DNA of 64,000 nucleotides from Pseudovirgaria hyperparasitica. Its lineage: Eukaryota. Shown in pieces: positions 62,142 through 64,000 of the stretch (the first letter of the stretch is position 1; every line of letters begins with the position of its first letter). Both the position numbers and the translations under genes were made by a program. The stretch lies in the NCBI GenBank assembly GCA_010093815.1, contig ML996579.1; one strand, given 5' to 3'. The notes beneath the pieces were generated by a model, which made no database searches, was not told where the DNA came from, and was given only the letters and a program-made list of their open reading frames with translations.

Positions 62142-63949
62142 TCACTGCCGCAAATCTACCGCCACCTGCCCGAAATATTCACACATCCCCCTCTCGTCAT
62201 TCGCCACTGTCCTCATCGTCGTTTTGTTCGTCTCGAACACTAATCTGCTGCCTTGTCCCCACTGCTCCCAAACTGGCGTACCCCGCGCCCTCTCACGATT
62301 CGGATCCAGATGTCGCACGAAACTGGTCCAGTATCCCTGCACCACCGGAATCACACCATCATTTACACCTCCTGGCAAATAACTCTGCGGCCAAAAGCTT
62401 TTCGTTCCTGCGGCCCCGGGTGACCATATAGCATTGATTTCAGCGGTGTGGAACACGCCTAGTCCACTGGCTTCACTGCGGGGATCTTTGACGGACCAGA
62501 GGTAGGTGTATACAGGTATGGAGTGCGAAGCATAGATGGAGGACAGAGTGAGTCCTGGGCAGAGGTAGCGGATGGAGCCATAGGCGTTGGCGCATTGGCG
62601 CCAGAAGTCTGTGGATTTTGGGAAGCGTTCAGGTGTCCGTGGGAAATACTTAGATACGGCGTCGGCGTGACTCGAGTTCAGATGAGGGAATTGATTGCTG
62701 AGCCATTTCGTGGACGTTTCCATGTTGGCGATATTGCGCGGGCAGAACGTCGTGCCTTCATTGAGGACATTGCTGGGCTTGTTAGATGACACTCCGGAGA
62801 AAGGTGAAAGGGTATACACACCCGTAGATAGCAGGGAGCTTCACAAAATTGCCATCCTGGAACTCCTTCATCGTCACCGCACGTACGAAATCGCTGTCGA
62901 TGACTGGACTGTACATGAACAGTGGCTCCCAGTGCTTGCGTGGATAAGGGACGTTGACAGCAGCTTTCTGATATGAACCGATGTCCATACCGCGCAAGCA
63001 CGCAAGCGTGTCAGACTTGCCCTTGCACCCACTATTTGCGACCAGCGCATCGTATTGATACTGCGATTCCTCGATCGTCAGCACAGGCCCAAACGACTGC
63101 GACTCTGCAGCCGTGCCATGGAACAACCCATCATCGCGCCCACCATACGCAGCAAGGTGTAATGTGATACTCGCGGCTCCAGCGCTATCGCCACCGAGAA
63201 CGACATGCTTGGGATTGCCGCCAAACTGTACCGAGCATGTTAGCCCTGCCAAGTGTGCACGGATCGGATTCAAACAAATGTCAACACGAAACGGTGACAT
63301 GCAAAGCGTTTCGAACTTCCAGCGCACGTACCTTTGCGATGTTGTCCTGGACCCACATCATGGCCTTCCTTTGATCCTTCAGCCCATTGTTCACACTGCC
63401 ACGCATCTCCTTGCTTGCCAGAAATCCGAGCGATGCGACGCGGTAATTGAAAGTGACAACGAGCATCTGCTTGTCCGCGGCGAGTAGCAGCGCTGAGCCA
63501 TTGTAATTTGCATTGGAGTCGGTGTTGAAGCCGCCGCCTGGGATGAAGAAATAGACGGGCAGTTGAGAGTCCGCGGTCGCACCTGTGGGCGCGTAGACGT
63601 TGATGAAAAGGCAATCCTCGGAAAGCGCGGGGGTGGGTGTTTGGGACAGGCCGATGCAACGGGCGCCGTGCTATTGACATGTAAACATCAGAGCATTTCT
63701 GGAGGAGAAATAAGATGATAAAGAACATACAACAGTTGCATTCTGGACATATTGCATACGTTCCGGATCCTGGGGTGGAGCAAAACGAAGGTTACCCGTT
63801 GGAGGAGCGGCGTAGCGCATTCCGAGCCATTGTGAGATCCCGTTTGAGAGGGCGTGGCCGTGATATGTCGCGTAGTCGAGGTGAACGGTTGTGCCTACGG
63901 CGTTGACGATGCTCTGCGCCAAGAAGGCGCTTATGAGGAGAAGACGCAT
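62142..63949 (-). CDS. Secreted type-B carboxylesterase / lipase, 3 introns
   Basis: Signal peptide, WLGMRYAAPPTGNLRF, SEDCLFINVYAP, PGGGF, nucleophile motif GDSAG and catalytic His in FHTAE. Confidence 0.92.
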
Positions 63950-64000
63950 CGCATCAAAGAGTAGTTGGGTGCAGAGCTTGACAACCGAGTGGATAGATGT

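Overview
This is gene-dense, intron-containing DNA from a filamentous ascomycete (Pezizomycotina; the exact taxon cannot be determined here). It holds about 24 protein-coding genes and one pseudogene. Most are housekeeping genes: ADE6 (partial), an FMO, a Ca3427-like binding protein, RRP15, SRP54, a class II eIF4E, a Ulp-type SUMO protease, an M18 aminopeptidase, MIM1, OXA1, POM34, an AMP-binding-like protein, CDC8, SLX1, a KDM5 demethylase, HOP1, CDC16, YJU2 and a carboxylesterase. A HET-domain gene sits between HOP1 and CDC16. A questin-oxidase/AflY-like gene is disabled by three in-frame TAG stops and a frameshift. The segment from about 22 to 40 kb is a distinct domain with lower gene density, many micro- and minisatellites, and alternating C/A-rich and G/T-rich blocks that flip synonymous codon usage in mid-exon. 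That domain carries two F-box-type genes, an atypical P450, a GPI-anchored Cys/Trp-rich protein and a 977-aa unknown protein. I recognised no rRNA, tRNA, CRISPR array or intact transposon. Gene models and family calls were made by eye from motifs and splice signals, without database searches.
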